The notes: generated by a model not told the origin, from the letters alone. A stretch of 64,000 bases of DNA from an uncultured Actinomycetota bacterium (GCA_963753435.1 CAVWCF010000001.1:1312001-1376000); one strand, 5' to 3'. Positions 30,292-40,526 are shown, numbered from the stretch's first letter. Made by a program: numbers and translations.

Positions 30292-32304
30292 ATGGCGAAC
30301 CTGAGTGGGCAGCCTCGCTATCAGCGAGAGCGGAACCACGGTCGCGTTGCCATCCGACGTACCCGTCCGTGGCAACGGCGAGTTGGCATGGCAACTCTTG
30401 TCGGCCTAGCGGCAATCGCAGTCCCAACGCTTCCAGTGGGTGCGTCGGATCTGTCCTCACCAGATGCCGCCGCCATCCAGCGCTACGCCGGGTCGGACAG
30501 GTACGAGACATCCGCGCTCATTAGCGCTGCCACATGGACCGGATCGGTGCCCATCGCCTACCTGGCCTCCGGTGCGGACTATCCCGATGCGTTGTCCGCC
30601 GGACCGGCGGCCGCCCATGACGGCGGACCGTTGCTGCTGACCCGGCCCACCCAACTGCCGAGCGCCGTCCGGGCGGAGTTGTTGCGGCTCGCGCCAGCGA
30701 AGGTGGTCATCGTCGGTGGTCCAGGGGCCATTTCTCCTTCGGTGTCGTCATCCGTCCGCGCACTCGTCCCGGAGGTCGTACGGATCGCCGGCGCTGACCG
30801 CTACGAAACCTCCGCGACGCTGGCGTCGGAGCGTTTCTCGGCTGGACTCAGTAAGGCGTACGTAGCCCGAGGCGATGACTTCGCCGATGCACTCAGCGTC
30901 GGCGCCGCTGCTGCCAACAGAGGCAGCCCGGTCCTACTCGTCGAACGCGGCTCGGTTCCCGCCCCGATTCGATCAGCGCTTGAATCCCTGGCTCCTGATC
31001 AAGTCGTCGTCAGCGGCGGCCCGGCGGTGATTACCGATGACGTGCTCCTGGCTCTGGAGGGCATAGCTGCCGATGTCACCCGCGTGTTCGGAATCGACCG
31101 CTATGAGACGGCTCGCGCCATTGCGGCGGCGACCTTCGATGACTCAGCGGTGGCCATCGTGGCGAACGGACTGAACTTCCCTGACGGGCTCAGCAGCATC
31201 CCGATGGCGGCCAGGCAGGGTGCTCCACTTCTGCTCACCCAGGCCCGCTGCGCCCCCGACCCAACGGTTCTAGCGGCCGAGGCCTTGGGAGTCAGTTTGG
31301 CCTTCGCCGTTGGTGGTCCAGCCGTTGTCTCCGCAACCGCCGCGACGCTCCTCCCGTGCCCTCCGCCAGCAGTGTCGGTCAATCTGCCCTCGTCCACCCA
31401 CCTGTCCGACCCCGGCTACGCACTGGTTGACGGTGTCGTGCAGCACCTGCCAATGATCATGCGGCCCCTGACCCGCCTCGCTGCGCCAGCTGGCGCAGCG
31501 GCTGGTGTTCGAGTCCTAGCGGTCGACCTTGCGGTTGAAGTCCCGCTGCGACATGCCTTCTCCCTGCTCGCCTGGTGCCATCCACGTACGACATATGCGC
31601 AAGATGCCCCTTCGACCGATCAGTTCGGCATGGCGTTGGTCATAGGGCAGAACCCCATACCGGGCTCGGATACTCAGGCGACGGTTTCGAGGCGGATCGT
31701 GGGGCGGATCCCCGTCGATATCCCCGCCGGTGAGGCGGTCTCCTGCGAAGTGCAGATAAGTCCACGGACCGAGGGATTCGAGGCATCGTGGATTCGAATC
31801 CGATCCGGTCAGGTGCGTCTGGCCCCGGAACCTGTCGTGACTACGGCAACCACCAGCGGCCCCACGGTCGTCGGTAGCGGCGCGGGCACAGTGCCCTTTG
31901 CCTATCTGGCCACGGCTGCCGTGGAAGGCGCATGGGCCAGCGAGATCCGCCGCGCCGACGCCGACGTCTCGCTGTCCAACTGCTACGCGGGGTACGGCGC
32001 ATGCGAGGTCGAGGGATTCCGCGATGCGACTGTCGATGCGTGGGTCGAACTCATCCGCCTACGGGGCGACGGAAGCACCTGCGGCGTCGCCCGGGGAGTA
32101 GTTACGCGCATCGTCATAACCCCAGCGGTCCACCATCTACGGGCGGTACTGCCTCCCGCTTTGGAACCGGCTGTGCAACCTTGTGGGGAGAAGGCGCTGT
32201 CCCGAATCGTCCTCGTGCACGTGGCGGGCAACTCAGTCAACGTCGAGGGAACGCTCTATGGGGGGACGGCCCCGCAGTCGGCGTCCTGGCTGCGCGCCAG
32301 TTAG
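30292..32304 (+). CDS. secreted protein with three cell-wall-binding-2 repeats and unknown C-terminal region
   Basis: Three GxDRYET..DALS/DGLS..PLLL repeats after a signal-like segment; start uncertain (30292 or 30388). Confidence 0.8.
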   Translation: MANLSGQPRYQRERNHGRVAIRRTRPWQRRVGMATLVGLAAIAVPTLPVGASDLSSPDAAAIQRYAGSDRYETSALISAATWTGSVPIAYLASGADYPDALSAGPAAAHDGGPLLLTRPTQLPSAVRAELLRLAPAKVVIVGGPGAISPSVSSSVRALVPEVVRIAGADRYETSATLASERFSAGLSKAYVARGDDFADALSVGAAAANRGSPVLLVERGSVPAPIRSALESLAPDQVVVSGGPAVITDDVLLALEGIAADVTRVFGIDRYETARAIAAATFDDSAVAIVANGLNFPDGLSSIPMAARQGAPLLLTQARCAPDPTVLAAEALGVSLAFAVGGPAVVSATAATLLPCPPPAVSVNLPSSTHLSDPGYALVDGVVQHLPMIMRPLTRLAAPAGAAAGVRVLAVDLAVEVPLRHAFSLLAWCHPRTTYAQDAPSTDQFGMALVIGQNPIPGSDTQATVSRRIVGRIPVDIPAGEAVSCEVQISPRTEGFEASWIRIRSGQVRLAPEPVVTTATTSGPTVVGSGAGTVPFAYLATAAVEGAWASEIRRADADVSLSNCYAGYGACEVEGFRDATVDAWVELIRLRGDGSTCGVARGVVTRIVITPAVHHLRAVLPPALEPAVQPCGEKALSRIVLVHVAGNSVNVEGTLYGGTAPQSASWLRAS

Positions 32305-32381
32305 TTCTCGCTGACCGCACGGTGGCCGCTCATGCGGCACTTGCAGCGACTCCTGATGGGCCCCGGTTGCGGACCAGCCGG

Positions 32382-32457
32382 TGGCGCGCCCGAAGGGATT
32401 CGAACCCCTAACCTTCTGATCCGTAGTCAGATGCTCTATCCGTTGAGCTACGGGCGC
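32382..32457 (-). tRNA. tRNA-Arg(ACG)
   Basis: GCGCCCG acceptor, TCTGA-CTACGGA-TCAGA, GGTTCGAATCC, CCA; 76 nt. Confidence 0.98.
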
Positions 32458-32538
32458 GTGCCCCGAAGGACCGCCAGAGTGTATCCGCGGACTCCGATCC
32501 ACCCCTAATCACGGGCGGGGCGGGCTAGCGTCCCATGA

Positions 32539-33273
32539 GTGGGTACGCCGGCGCTGGTCAAGCAACTGGACGCCCAGTTGCGGGAGCAGGCCGACCCCGA
32601 ACGGGCTGTCAACGAGAAGCGCTACCTCAAGTCCGAGATGACTCACTACGGCGTTCGGGTCCCGGAAATGCACCGCATCGCCCGCAAGGCCGGCCGCGGC
32701 CTGGACCGCTCTGTGCTGATCGGCACCGCTGGGCAACTTTGGGACCGGCCCAGCACACCAGTCTTCGAACGTCGGTTCCTGGCGGCAGACCTGCTAGCCG
32801 CCCGCACGGACCTGCTCGACGCCAATGACGCGGACCTGTGCGAGCGGATGCTCCGGCAGTCCCGCACGTGGGCCCTCGTGGACTTGATCGCGCCCAGGGT
32901 GGTGGGGCCGCTGGTTGAGCGCGACCCCGACGCCTGGCGATCCCGCCTAGCGAGCTGGCGTGACGACCCCGACTTCTGGCTGCGGCGGTCATCGCTGCTG
33001 GCGCTGTCGGTGCCACTGCGACGGGGAGAAGGCGACTTCGAGTGGTTCGCTGAATACGCAGACACCCTGCTGGAAGATAAGGAGTTCTTCGTCCGCAAGG
33101 CGATCGGCTGGGTGCTGCGCGACACCGCACGTCGCCGGCCGGACCTGGTCGCACAGTGGGTGCTGCCCCGGGCCCATCGCATGAACTCCGTCACCATCCG
33201 CGAGGCGGTCAAGCCGTTGGACCCCGCCGACCGCGAGCGCATCCTCGCCGCATGGAAGGACCCCGGCACGTGA
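32539..33273 (+). CDS. DNA alkylation repair protein (AlkD-like)
   Basis: YGVRVP, TWALVD, FWLRR, EFFVRKAIGWVLR. Confidence 0.88.
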   Translation: MGTPALVKQLDAQLREQADPERAVNEKRYLKSEMTHYGVRVPEMHRIARKAGRGLDRSVLIGTAGQLWDRPSTPVFERRFLAADLLAARTDLLDANDADLCERMLRQSRTWALVDLIAPRVVGPLVERDPDAWRSRLASWRDDPDFWLRRSSLLALSVPLRRGEGDFEWFAEYADTLLEDKEFFVRKAIGWVLRDTARRRPDLVAQWVLPRAHRMNSVTIREAVKPLDPADRERILAAWKDPGT

Positions 33274-33298
33274 TGGCCGGGGTCCGTGCATCCGAGAG

Positions 33299-33389
33299 CG
33301 GAGGCGGCGGGATTTGAACCCGCGAGAGGGGATGAACCCTCAACCCGCTTAGCAGGCGGGCGCCATAGACCGGACTAGGCGACGCCTCC
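33299..33389 (-). tRNA. tRNA-Ser(GCT)
   Basis: GGAGGCG acceptor, CCCGC-CTGCTAA-GCGGG, long variable arm, GGTTCAAATCC; no encoded CCA. Confidence 0.96.
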
Positions 33390-33449
33390 CCACGGCCTCG
33401 GCCGCGGTGCGCAGGGTACCCGTGGCGCCGAACCCGGCACAAAGTGCGA

Positions 33450-34679
33450 TCAGAAGGTGTGGCGCAGCGGATACCCGGAGTCGCCGGATCGCGTTGTGAC
33501 GGTCCCGAGTACCTGGTGCAACTGGATGCGGTTCAGGTCGAACCCGACGCGCGAGGCGGCCAGGTACAGCCGCCAGATGCGGGCCTTCGCCTCGCCGACC
33601 TCGGCCACGGCGTCGTCCCAACGCTGGTCCAGGTTGGCGCTCCAGTCCCGAAGCGTCATCGCGTAGTGCTGGCGCAGGTTCTCCTCGTGCTGGATCTCAA
33701 AGCCGCCGTTGTTCATTTCGTCGATGATGCGACCAGGACCTTCGAGTTCGCCGTCGGGGAAGATGTAGTGGTCGATGAACCCGCCCGCGCGGGCCCGTTG
33801 CTGGCCGTCGAACCGGGTGATGCAGTGGTTCAGCAGCCTGCCCCCGTCGCGCAGCCGGCTGCGCAGGAATCGGAAGTACGCCCCCAACTGCGCCTCGCCG
33901 ATGTGCTCGGTCAGGCCGATCGAACTCACCGCGTCGAAGCCCCGTTCCCGCACGTCGCGGTAGTCACCGAAGCGCACCTCCGCGCGGCCGGTGAGCCCGG
34001 CCTCGGCCACGGCCTTGGCTCCCCACTCGGCCTGCTTGCGCGACAGCGTCACCCCGACCGCGGTCACGCCGTACTCGCGCACCGCATGCAGGACCATCCC
34101 GCCCCAGCCGCAGCCCACGTCCAACAGCCGCATCCCAGGCTGCAGTCCGAGTTTGCGACAAACCAGGTCGAACTTGGCTGCCTGCGCCTCTTCCAAGCTC
34201 GCATCCTGCGTCGGGTACAGCGCGCAGGTGTAAGCCATCGACGGTCCGAGCACCATGCGGTAGAAGTCGTTGGACACGTCGTAGTGGTAACTGATCGCGG
34301 CGGCGTCGCGCTGCTTGGAGTGACGGCGTCCGCTCAAGTGCGCTTCCTGCGCCGGAACCGGCGGTCGACGCAGGTTGCTCAGACCTACCGATCGGAACAG
34401 TCGAACCTTCTCCACCCAGGAGACAGCCGCGAAATCATGCGAGGCGATAGCACGCAAGGCGGCGTATAGATCTCCCTCGATGTCCAGCTGCTCCGACACA
34501 TAGGCGCGGGCCATCCCCAGATCGTTCGGCGCAGTAACCAAGTACTGCAGCGCCTGCGGTGAGCGCACGTGCAGCGTTGCCGCCGCGGTTATCGGCCCGG
34601 TGCTGCTGCCGTCGTACGCCTTGACCGCAACTGGTGACTCGTCCCCCAGCACGGCCTCGAAGATGTCTGCAACCGCCAT
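33450..34679 (-). CDS. cyclopropane-fatty-acyl synthase-like SAM methyltransferase (10-methyl fatty acid pathway candidate)
   Basis: HYDVSNDFY, LLDVGCGWGG, YIFPDGEL; paired with FAD oxidoreductase as in mycobacterial Rv3719/Rv3720. Confidence 0.9.
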   Translation of the reverse strand: MAVADIFEAVLGDESPVAVKAYDGSSTGPITAAATLHVRSPQALQYLVTAPNDLGMARAYVSEQLDIEGDLYAALRAIASHDFAAVSWVEKVRLFRSVGLSNLRRPPVPAQEAHLSGRRHSKQRDAAAISYHYDVSNDFYRMVLGPSMAYTCALYPTQDASLEEAQAAKFDLVCRKLGLQPGMRLLDVGCGWGGMVLHAVREYGVTAVGVTLSRKQAEWGAKAVAEAGLTGRAEVRFGDYRDVRERGFDAVSSIGLTEHIGEAQLGAYFRFLRSRLRDGGRLLNHCITRFDGQQRARAGGFIDHYIFPDGELEGPGRIIDEMNNGGFEIQHEENLRQHYAMTLRDWSANLDQRWDDAVAEVGEAKARIWRLYLAASRVGFDLNRIQLHQVLGTVTTRSGDSGYPLRHTF

Positions 34680-34683
34680 TGCG

Positions 34684-36069
34684 TCAACCCCTCCCAACCG
34701 TCTTTGCATACAGGTCCAGCAGGCGCGAGTCCGGGTCGTATTCCTTCTTCAACCGCCGGTACGCCTCGCCGTTGTAGATGCGCCAGAAGTCGTCCTCGTC
34801 GTAGAACGCATCCGAGTACAGGGACTTGCGGCCGCCGAGCCGGTCCACTTCCGCCTCGATGGCCCGATTGATCGCATCTGGCGCTTGGTCGTCGGCTCGT
34901 TCCACGCTGGACCAGAACCCGACGTTGACGTACGTGGTCGCCGGGTCGAACTGGTACAGGTCCCACCTGGCATTGGGATCGCGCTGCCGCATCGGACACA
35001 GCCAGATCGGCAGGATCCCGACCCGATCGTGGAAGAAGGCGAGGAACTCCGGCAGGGCACTCACCGGGACTTCGACGTCCTGAATGACGGTCTCCCGCTC
35101 CGGTTTGCCACGCAATCGATCGATGCGTGCGAAGAACCCATTTCGGCGTTCCCAGCCGACCGCCCGGAAGTACACGTCCGAACGCAGGTACCGGCTCGGG
35201 ATCAGGCGCCGCACCGTCGGCTGCTGCACTCCCAGTGCTCGGGAGCACCAGAACCAGTCGGTGTCCCAACGCCAGAGGTAGTCCCGAACCGTCAGGTAGT
35301 CACTGCGGCGGGTCTGCTGAGATCGGTAGTAGATCTGCTGACCGGTGTAGTCCGACGTGTACGGAGCTTCATCGACGAACGATCCGAACGTCACCACGAT
35401 GTCGTCTTCGCCGTAGACCGCGCCGTCGAGGAAGTCCACGGCCGAGCCCTCGTACTGACCGCTGTCGACCACCGCAGCCAACAGGTCTGCGGCAGCTTCG
35501 GCTGTCGGCACCCGCACATGACGCAGCGCCACATACGGACGAACCGGCTGCAGTTCGATGCGTAGCCGGAGGGCATAGCCGAGGGAGCCGTAGGAGTTGG
35601 GGAAGCCATGGAACAGGTCGGCATGGCCCCCGTCGGGAGTAACGGTGATCACGTCGCCGGCGCCGGTGAGGACATCCATCTCCAGAACGGACTCGTGCGG
35701 GCAGCCGTTACGGAAGGAGGTGGACTCCACTCCGAGGCCAGTCACCGCGCCCCCGAGGGTGATCGTCTTCAGCTCGGGCACCACCAGCGGCATCAGCCCG
35801 TGCGGCAACGTTGCATCGACCAGTTCCTCGTAGGTGGTCATGCCGAGCACGTCCGCGGTGGCCGCTTCGACGTCAACGTGCAGCACCCCGGCGAATCCGG
35901 AGACGTCCAACGCCACGCCCGCAGCGGGCTGACGAACACGGAAGAGGTTTGAGGTGTTCTTCGCGAGGCGAACCGGACGGTCGGCGGGCAAACGTCGGTA
36001 CTGCCCCTGCAGGTTGTCCAACAGGGACTGGTAGTGGTTGCGCGCCGATTCCGGCAGTTGCACACCCAT
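34684..36069 (-). CDS. FAD-binding oxidoreductase (partner of the methyltransferase)
   Basis: VVPELKTITLGGAVTGLGVESTSF, PNSYGSLGYA, WRWDTDWFWCS. Confidence 0.9.
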   Translation of the reverse strand: MGVQLPESARNHYQSLLDNLQGQYRRLPADRPVRLAKNTSNLFRVRQPAAGVALDVSGFAGVLHVDVEAATADVLGMTTYEELVDATLPHGLMPLVVPELKTITLGGAVTGLGVESTSFRNGCPHESVLEMDVLTGAGDVITVTPDGGHADLFHGFPNSYGSLGYALRLRIELQPVRPYVALRHVRVPTAEAAADLLAAVVDSGQYEGSAVDFLDGAVYGEDDIVVTFGSFVDEAPYTSDYTGQQIYYRSQQTRRSDYLTVRDYLWRWDTDWFWCSRALGVQQPTVRRLIPSRYLRSDVYFRAVGWERRNGFFARIDRLRGKPERETVIQDVEVPVSALPEFLAFFHDRVGILPIWLCPMRQRDPNARWDLYQFDPATTYVNVGFWSSVERADDQAPDAINRAIEAEVDRLGGRKSLYSDAFYDEDDFWRIYNGEAYRRLKKEYDPDSRLLDLYAKTVGRG

Positions 36070-36109
36070 CGGTTCAGGGTAGCCAGCCGGATCGTGGCAG
36101 GCTGGCGTC

Positions 36110-36820
36110 GTGACAGAACCGGGACCGATTGCCCTGGTTGGTTCGGGCGAGTACCTGCCGGTCATGCTGGACGTGGAGCGCAGCCTGATCGCCGGCAGAC
36201 CCCAGCGCTACGTGCAACTGGCCACCGCGGCTGCCCCCGAGGGTGAGGCGTCGCTGCGGCGCTGGCACCGCCTCGGCGAAGAACAGGCCCACCGCTTGGG
36301 TGTTGAGCAGGTGGTGGTCGACGTCCGTAGCCGCGCCGACGCCGACGATCCGTCACATGCCGCCGCCATCGCCGGGGCCGGCCTGATCTACCTGTCCGGT
36401 GGCGACCCCGGGTTCCTGGGGCGCACGCTGCGGGGAACTCTCGTCTGGGACGCCATCGTCGACGAGTGGCGCAGCGGCGCAGCGTTGGCCGGCTGCAGCG
36501 CCGGTGCGATGGCCATGACTTCGTGGGTGCCGACGCCCATGCACCCACGCTCCGGTGTCGGCGACGGGACCGGCCTGTTGTCCCACCTGCGGGTACTACC
36601 GCACTTCGATCAGATGACCCGCTTCATGCCCAAGTCGGTGGTGCAACTCCTGATGACGCCTCCGGACGAAGGGTGGCTGGTCGGTGTGGACGAGAACACC
36701 GCCCTAGTCGGCGGACTGGAGGACTGGGAAGTGGCTGGGTCCGGGCAGGTGTGGCGCTTCGGCCCCGAAGGCCGAACAGCGCACTCCGCCGGCGAGCGGG
36801 TGTCGACGCCGATCAGCTAG
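36110..36820 (+). CDS. peptidase S51 (peptidase E/cyanophycinase-like)
   Basis: YLSGGDP, AGCSAGAM, VLPHFD, GVDENTA. Confidence 0.85.
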   Translation: MTEPGPIALVGSGEYLPVMLDVERSLIAGRPQRYVQLATAAAPEGEASLRRWHRLGEEQAHRLGVEQVVVDVRSRADADDPSHAAAIAGAGLIYLSGGDPGFLGRTLRGTLVWDAIVDEWRSGAALAGCSAGAMAMTSWVPTPMHPRSGVGDGTGLLSHLRVLPHFDQMTRFMPKSVVQLLMTPPDEGWLVGVDENTALVGGLEDWEVAGSGQVWRFGPEGRTAHSAGERVSTPIS

Positions 36821-36841
36821 CCAGTCCGCCGGGTGAGCGCT

Positions 36842-37825
36842 CTAGGCGTTCTCATCCCCAGCGAAGACATCCAGCAGCAGGGCGGTCGCGTCCACCACGC
36901 CTTCGGGTACGACATCCGTGACAATCCCGCCGAGTTCAGCCAGACCCGGTTCGCCCTGCACCGCAGCCGCACTGGACAACGGGAATGACGCCCCCGGCCA
37001 GTTATGTCCGATGCCGGTGACGGAGTACAGCGTCACCCGGGTGTCCCCGGCGCAGCCGGGCCAGGTCAGTTGCACGGCTGTGCCCGACAACTGCTCAAGG
37101 GTGTAGTCCGCGTCGCACTTGGACCGCTTGGCCCATTGGGTCATGTCGTCCAGCACGTCGCCCAGGTAGTAGCCGGCGACTTCTTCATCGAAGCCCGGCG
37201 GCGGTGCGAACGGCACCAGTGCGTCGTCGTTGTCGTGGAACGCCACAACCGACAGTGGCGGTCCATCACATGGACGCACCAGATTCACCCCCGACACCGG
37301 CGCGACACCAGCGAACCGCGGCAGAGCGCACGTCAACCACATGGCGAAGCCGGCGCCATTGTCGAATCCGGTTGCGTACAGACCGTCCGGTGCCACGCAC
37401 ACACGGCGGCCGATGTCGTACAGGATCGACTCCACGAAACGCACATCGTCGGCCCCGGGAACGCCGGGAATGGCCCAGGCGCCATTGGCCGGTTCCGGCT
37501 GGATAACCACGAAACCGCGGTCGAGGGCCTTGGCCGAGACCCGGGTGAACTCATCCATCTCCGATTGCCCCACCTCGGGGCCGTTGAAGACGAGCAGCGC
37601 CGGTGAACGTGTCGTGGAGCTGACCAGGCTAGGAATGGACAACCGGTAGGCACGGCTTTGGCCGTCCACGTCGATCTGCACGGTCTGCACGCCTGGCTGT
37701 GGCGGCACCGAGTCCCCGGTGCAGGCCGGTGGCAAAGCGGTCGAGGTCGACGTGGTGCAGCCGGCCGCCAGTAGTGCCCCAGCCGCCAGGCCGATCACCC
37801 CGGCGATCCCCCGACGCGAAAACAT
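36842..37825 (-). CDS. esterase-fold lipoprotein (LpqC/LpqP-like) with altered nucleophile elbow
   Basis: SRRG..LAAGC signal/lipobox; DDVRFV, YATGFDNGA, GVAPVSG, GHNWPG. Confidence 0.75.
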   Translation of the reverse strand: MFSRRGIAGVIGLAAGALLAAGCTTSTSTALPPACTGDSVPPQPGVQTVQIDVDGQSRAYRLSIPSLVSSTTRSPALLVFNGPEVGQSEMDEFTRVSAKALDRGFVVIQPEPANGAWAIPGVPGADDVRFVESILYDIGRRVCVAPDGLYATGFDNGAGFAMWLTCALPRFAGVAPVSGVNLVRPCDGPPLSVVAFHDNDDALVPFAPPPGFDEEVAGYYLGDVLDDMTQWAKRSKCDADYTLEQLSGTAVQLTWPGCAGDTRVTLYSVTGIGHNWPGASFPLSSAAAVQGEPGLAELGGIVTDVVPEGVVDATALLLDVFAGDENA

Positions 37826-37827
37826 CC

Positions 37828-38499
37828 TTACCCGGCACCCCGATTGCGCCACCAGTCGATGACCGCGTCAGCGTCCAGCACCTCGCCGTACTTGGCTTGG
37901 ATGTCGAAGAGATTCGCCTCATGCGGCTCCGGTCGCCGGTCGCCCACGCCATCGCGGGCGACCACGGTGACGAAGCCGTGCTGACAACCGTCCACTGCCG
38001 TGGCGCGGACGCAGCCGCTGGTGGATACCCCGGTGAGAACCAGGCTGTCGACACCGGCAGCGGTCAAGGTCGCAGCCAACGAAGTGCCGAAGAAACTGGA
38101 TGCGTACTGCTTGGTGATGACGATCTCGTCGGCGGCCGGCTTGAGCGGTTCGGCTATCTGTGTGAGCGGGCCGTCACCGGCGAAGACCGCCAGCGCCGGC
38201 ACCTTCCGGTAGAACACGCCACCGTCGACCCCGCCGGCCTGATACGCAACAACGGTCCAGATGACCGGGATGGACTGCTGTCGCGCTTCGTCGACCAGGC
38301 GCCCGATGGTCGCCACGACGTTCGGCATCGACTCGCCCGCATATAGCGGTGAGCCGGGTTCGGTGTAGGCCCCAACCATGTCGATGACCACCAGGGCCGG
38401 GCGGTTCCCCAGCGCCAGGGCCCCGTCGAAGGCGCCCGCGTAGTTATCTCGCAGGTCCGCGGAACCCGCTGCATGCGTGCCCGCAGAGTTGGCCGTCAT
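37828..38499 (-). CDS. isochorismatase-family cysteine hydrolase (maleamate amidohydrolase-like)
   Basis: ALVVIDM, KQYASSFFGT, GVSTSGCVRATAVD. Confidence 0.88.
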   Translation of the reverse strand: MTANSAGTHAAGSADLRDNYAGAFDGALALGNRPALVVIDMVGAYTEPGSPLYAGESMPNVVATIGRLVDEARQQSIPVIWTVVAYQAGGVDGGVFYRKVPALAVFAGDGPLTQIAEPLKPAADEIVITKQYASSFFGTSLAATLTAAGVDSLVLTGVSTSGCVRATAVDGCQHGFVTVVARDGVGDRRPEPHEANLFDIQAKYGEVLDADAVIDWWRNRGAG

Positions 38500-38552
38500 G
38501 CGGCCGCAGCCTACTCTCGGCCCGTGAGATCCCCCCTCCCACGGTCTGCTTC

Positions 38553-39302
38553 GTGAGTGGCCGTACTCCGGGAGCGGAGAGCGGACGCAAGTTGCTGTCG
38601 GTGCTCCTGGCGTTCGATGAGCAGCGCCCCACTTGGACCGTCGGGCTGTTGTCGGAGCACCTGGCCTTGCCGCTGTCGACGACCTACCGCTATATCGCGT
38701 TGCTTCGCGAACAGGGCCTGCTGGACGCGTCCGGAGACGGCACGTATCGGGTCACGCACCGCGTCGCGTCGCTGGCTCGGGCCGCCGAAGCCGCGCGCGA
38801 AAGCATGGTCGAGTTGGCCCGACCGATCCTGGAAAGCACCCGCGACGCGGTCGACGAGACCGTCGTGCTGGTGACCCGCGGCGGCACCTACGCGTACTGC
38901 GTTGACCGGGCCGAATCGCGGCAGCCGGTGCGGCTGCAGTTCTCTGCGGGGCAGGCAATGCCACTGCATTCCGGTAGTGCGTCGCGGGTCCTGCTGGCAG
39001 CCATGCCGCGCGGGGAACGAAGCGAGTACCTGCGCGGGGTGCTGCCCACCCTGCCGGTCGAGCGGGCGGGCAACCTCGCCGACGACGCCCTGGACCGCGT
39101 CTCGGCCGCCGGATGGACAGAGTCGTTCGAGGAAGTCGACGACGGCATCTGGGGTGCGGCCGCCGCCGTGCGAGCCGAGGGCGACGTGATCGCCGCACTC
39201 GGTGCGGCCGGCCCCATCTACCGACTGTCGCCAGGCGACCGCAAACGCATCGTCACCGCGGTGCGGTCGGCCGCCGCGCAGTTGTCCGCTGCGCTGGGCT
39301 AG
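38553..39302 (+). CDS. IclR-family regulator
   Basis: HTH LPLSTTYRY, PLHSGSASRVLLA, EEVDDGIWGAAAAV. Confidence 0.9.
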   Translation: MSGRTPGAESGRKLLSVLLAFDEQRPTWTVGLLSEHLALPLSTTYRYIALLREQGLLDASGDGTYRVTHRVASLARAAEAARESMVELARPILESTRDAVDETVVLVTRGGTYAYCVDRAESRQPVRLQFSAGQAMPLHSGSASRVLLAAMPRGERSEYLRGVLPTLPVERAGNLADDALDRVSAAGWTESFEEVDDGIWGAAAAVRAEGDVIAALGAAGPIYRLSPGDRKRIVTAVRSAAAQLSAALG

Positions 39303-39305
39303 CGA

Positions 39306-40526
39306 TCAGCCGATCTCGGCTCGAACCCGCTCAATGCTCGGGATCGCCGAGGTCATCATCGACGCCGCCCGCAGGTACTCCCGGCAAGCCTCGTCGTCAT
39401 CCTGCAAGGAGCGCAGGAAGGCGTTGCGCTCCTGCCGGGCCGCCTCGTCCTGCTCCTGCATCTCCTTGAAGTTCTTCTTGGTGGTGGCCTGCACGTAGCC
39501 GTGGCAGATCTCACTGCGAACCCGGCCGAAGACCTCGCTGGCGTGCTCAGCGTCAACACCGCGCAATTGCACGGCCTCGATGGCGTCGGTGGCCGACCAC
39601 GCATCATGGATTCCGGAGTTCATGCCCATGCCGCCGAGCGGGTTGTTCATGTGCGCGGAGTCACCGGCAAGCAGCACCCGGTTGTGGCTGAAGTCCTTGG
39701 CGACGCGCTGGTTCACTCGATACAACGAGTGCTGGATGACTGGGAAATCGATCGGTCCCGCCCCGGCGTCGGCTAGCACTCCGTTGAGCCGCTGCTGGAT
39801 TCGCTCCGGCGAGGTGGCCACTTCGTCCGGTTCGTCGGCCGGGATCGGCATCAGCACGCGCCAATGGTCCGGCGTCTTCAGCAGGACGCACCATTCGACC
39901 GGGTCGGTGATGTAGGCGACCTCCACCAGGTCCGGGATGGCGTCGCGGAACTCGTAAGTCGTGGACATGACCAGGAACCGCTCAGGGAACGTGTCGCCGG
40001 GGAACTCAAAGCCGAAGCTCTGCCGAACCATCGAGTTGGCACCGTCGCACCCGATCAGCCAGTCGCACTCCACCCGCGTCCCGTCGTCCAGGATCGCCAC
40101 CGCGTAGTCGCCGTGATCCTCTGCACTGGCCACGCGCGTCCCGAAAACGATCTCGGCGTGGTCCATCTGGTCCAGGTACGGCTTGATGATGCGGGTGAGC
40201 TTGGACTGCTCCAACTGCAGGCGATACGGGTACTTGGTTTCGTCCGCGAGCAGGCTGAGATCGAGTTGGGCAATGACGCCACCCTTGCGATCCCGCTGCT
40301 GAAAGAGCGGGACCTGTAGTCCCTGCTCGAGCATCTCCTCGACGATGCCGAGCGTCTCGAGCAGTTCGAGGCTCGGGATGTGGAACGTCGACGCCTTGGA
40401 GTCGGTCGACAAGTCGTCGCCCATCTCGTAGACCCGCACCGCGATGCCGGCCTTGGCCAGCTTCAGCGCAGCAACCATGCCAACCGGACCGGCGCCGGCG
40501 ATCACAACGGGAAGACGCTCGCTCAT
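39306..40526 (-). CDS. FAD-dependent monooxygenase (aromatic hydroxylase-like)
   Basis: GAGPVG, GCDGANS, LAGDSAHMNNPLGGMGMNSGIHDA. Confidence 0.92.
   Translation of the reverse strand: MSERLPVVIAGAGPVGMVAALKLAKAGIAVRVYEMGDDLSTDSKASTFHIPSLELLETLGIVEEMLEQGLQVPLFQQRDRKGGVIAQLDLSLLADETKYPYRLQLEQSKLTRIIKPYLDQMDHAEIVFGTRVASAEDHGDYAVAILDDGTRVECDWLIGCDGANSMVRQSFGFEFPGDTFPERFLVMSTTYEFRDAIPDLVEVAYITDPVEWCVLLKTPDHWRVLMPIPADEPDEVATSPERIQQRLNGVLADAGAGPIDFPVIQHSLYRVNQRVAKDFSHNRVLLAGDSAHMNNPLGGMGMNSGIHDAWSATDAIEAVQLRGVDAEHASEVFGRVRSEICHGYVQATTKKNFKEMQEQDEAARQERNAFLRSLQDDDEACREYLRAASMMTSAIPSIERVRAEIG

Noticed and set aside
33450-36069. Methyltransferase plus FAD oxidoreductase as a new pathway
   Set aside because: Corresponds to the known 10-methyl (tuberculostearic-type) fatty acid gene pair
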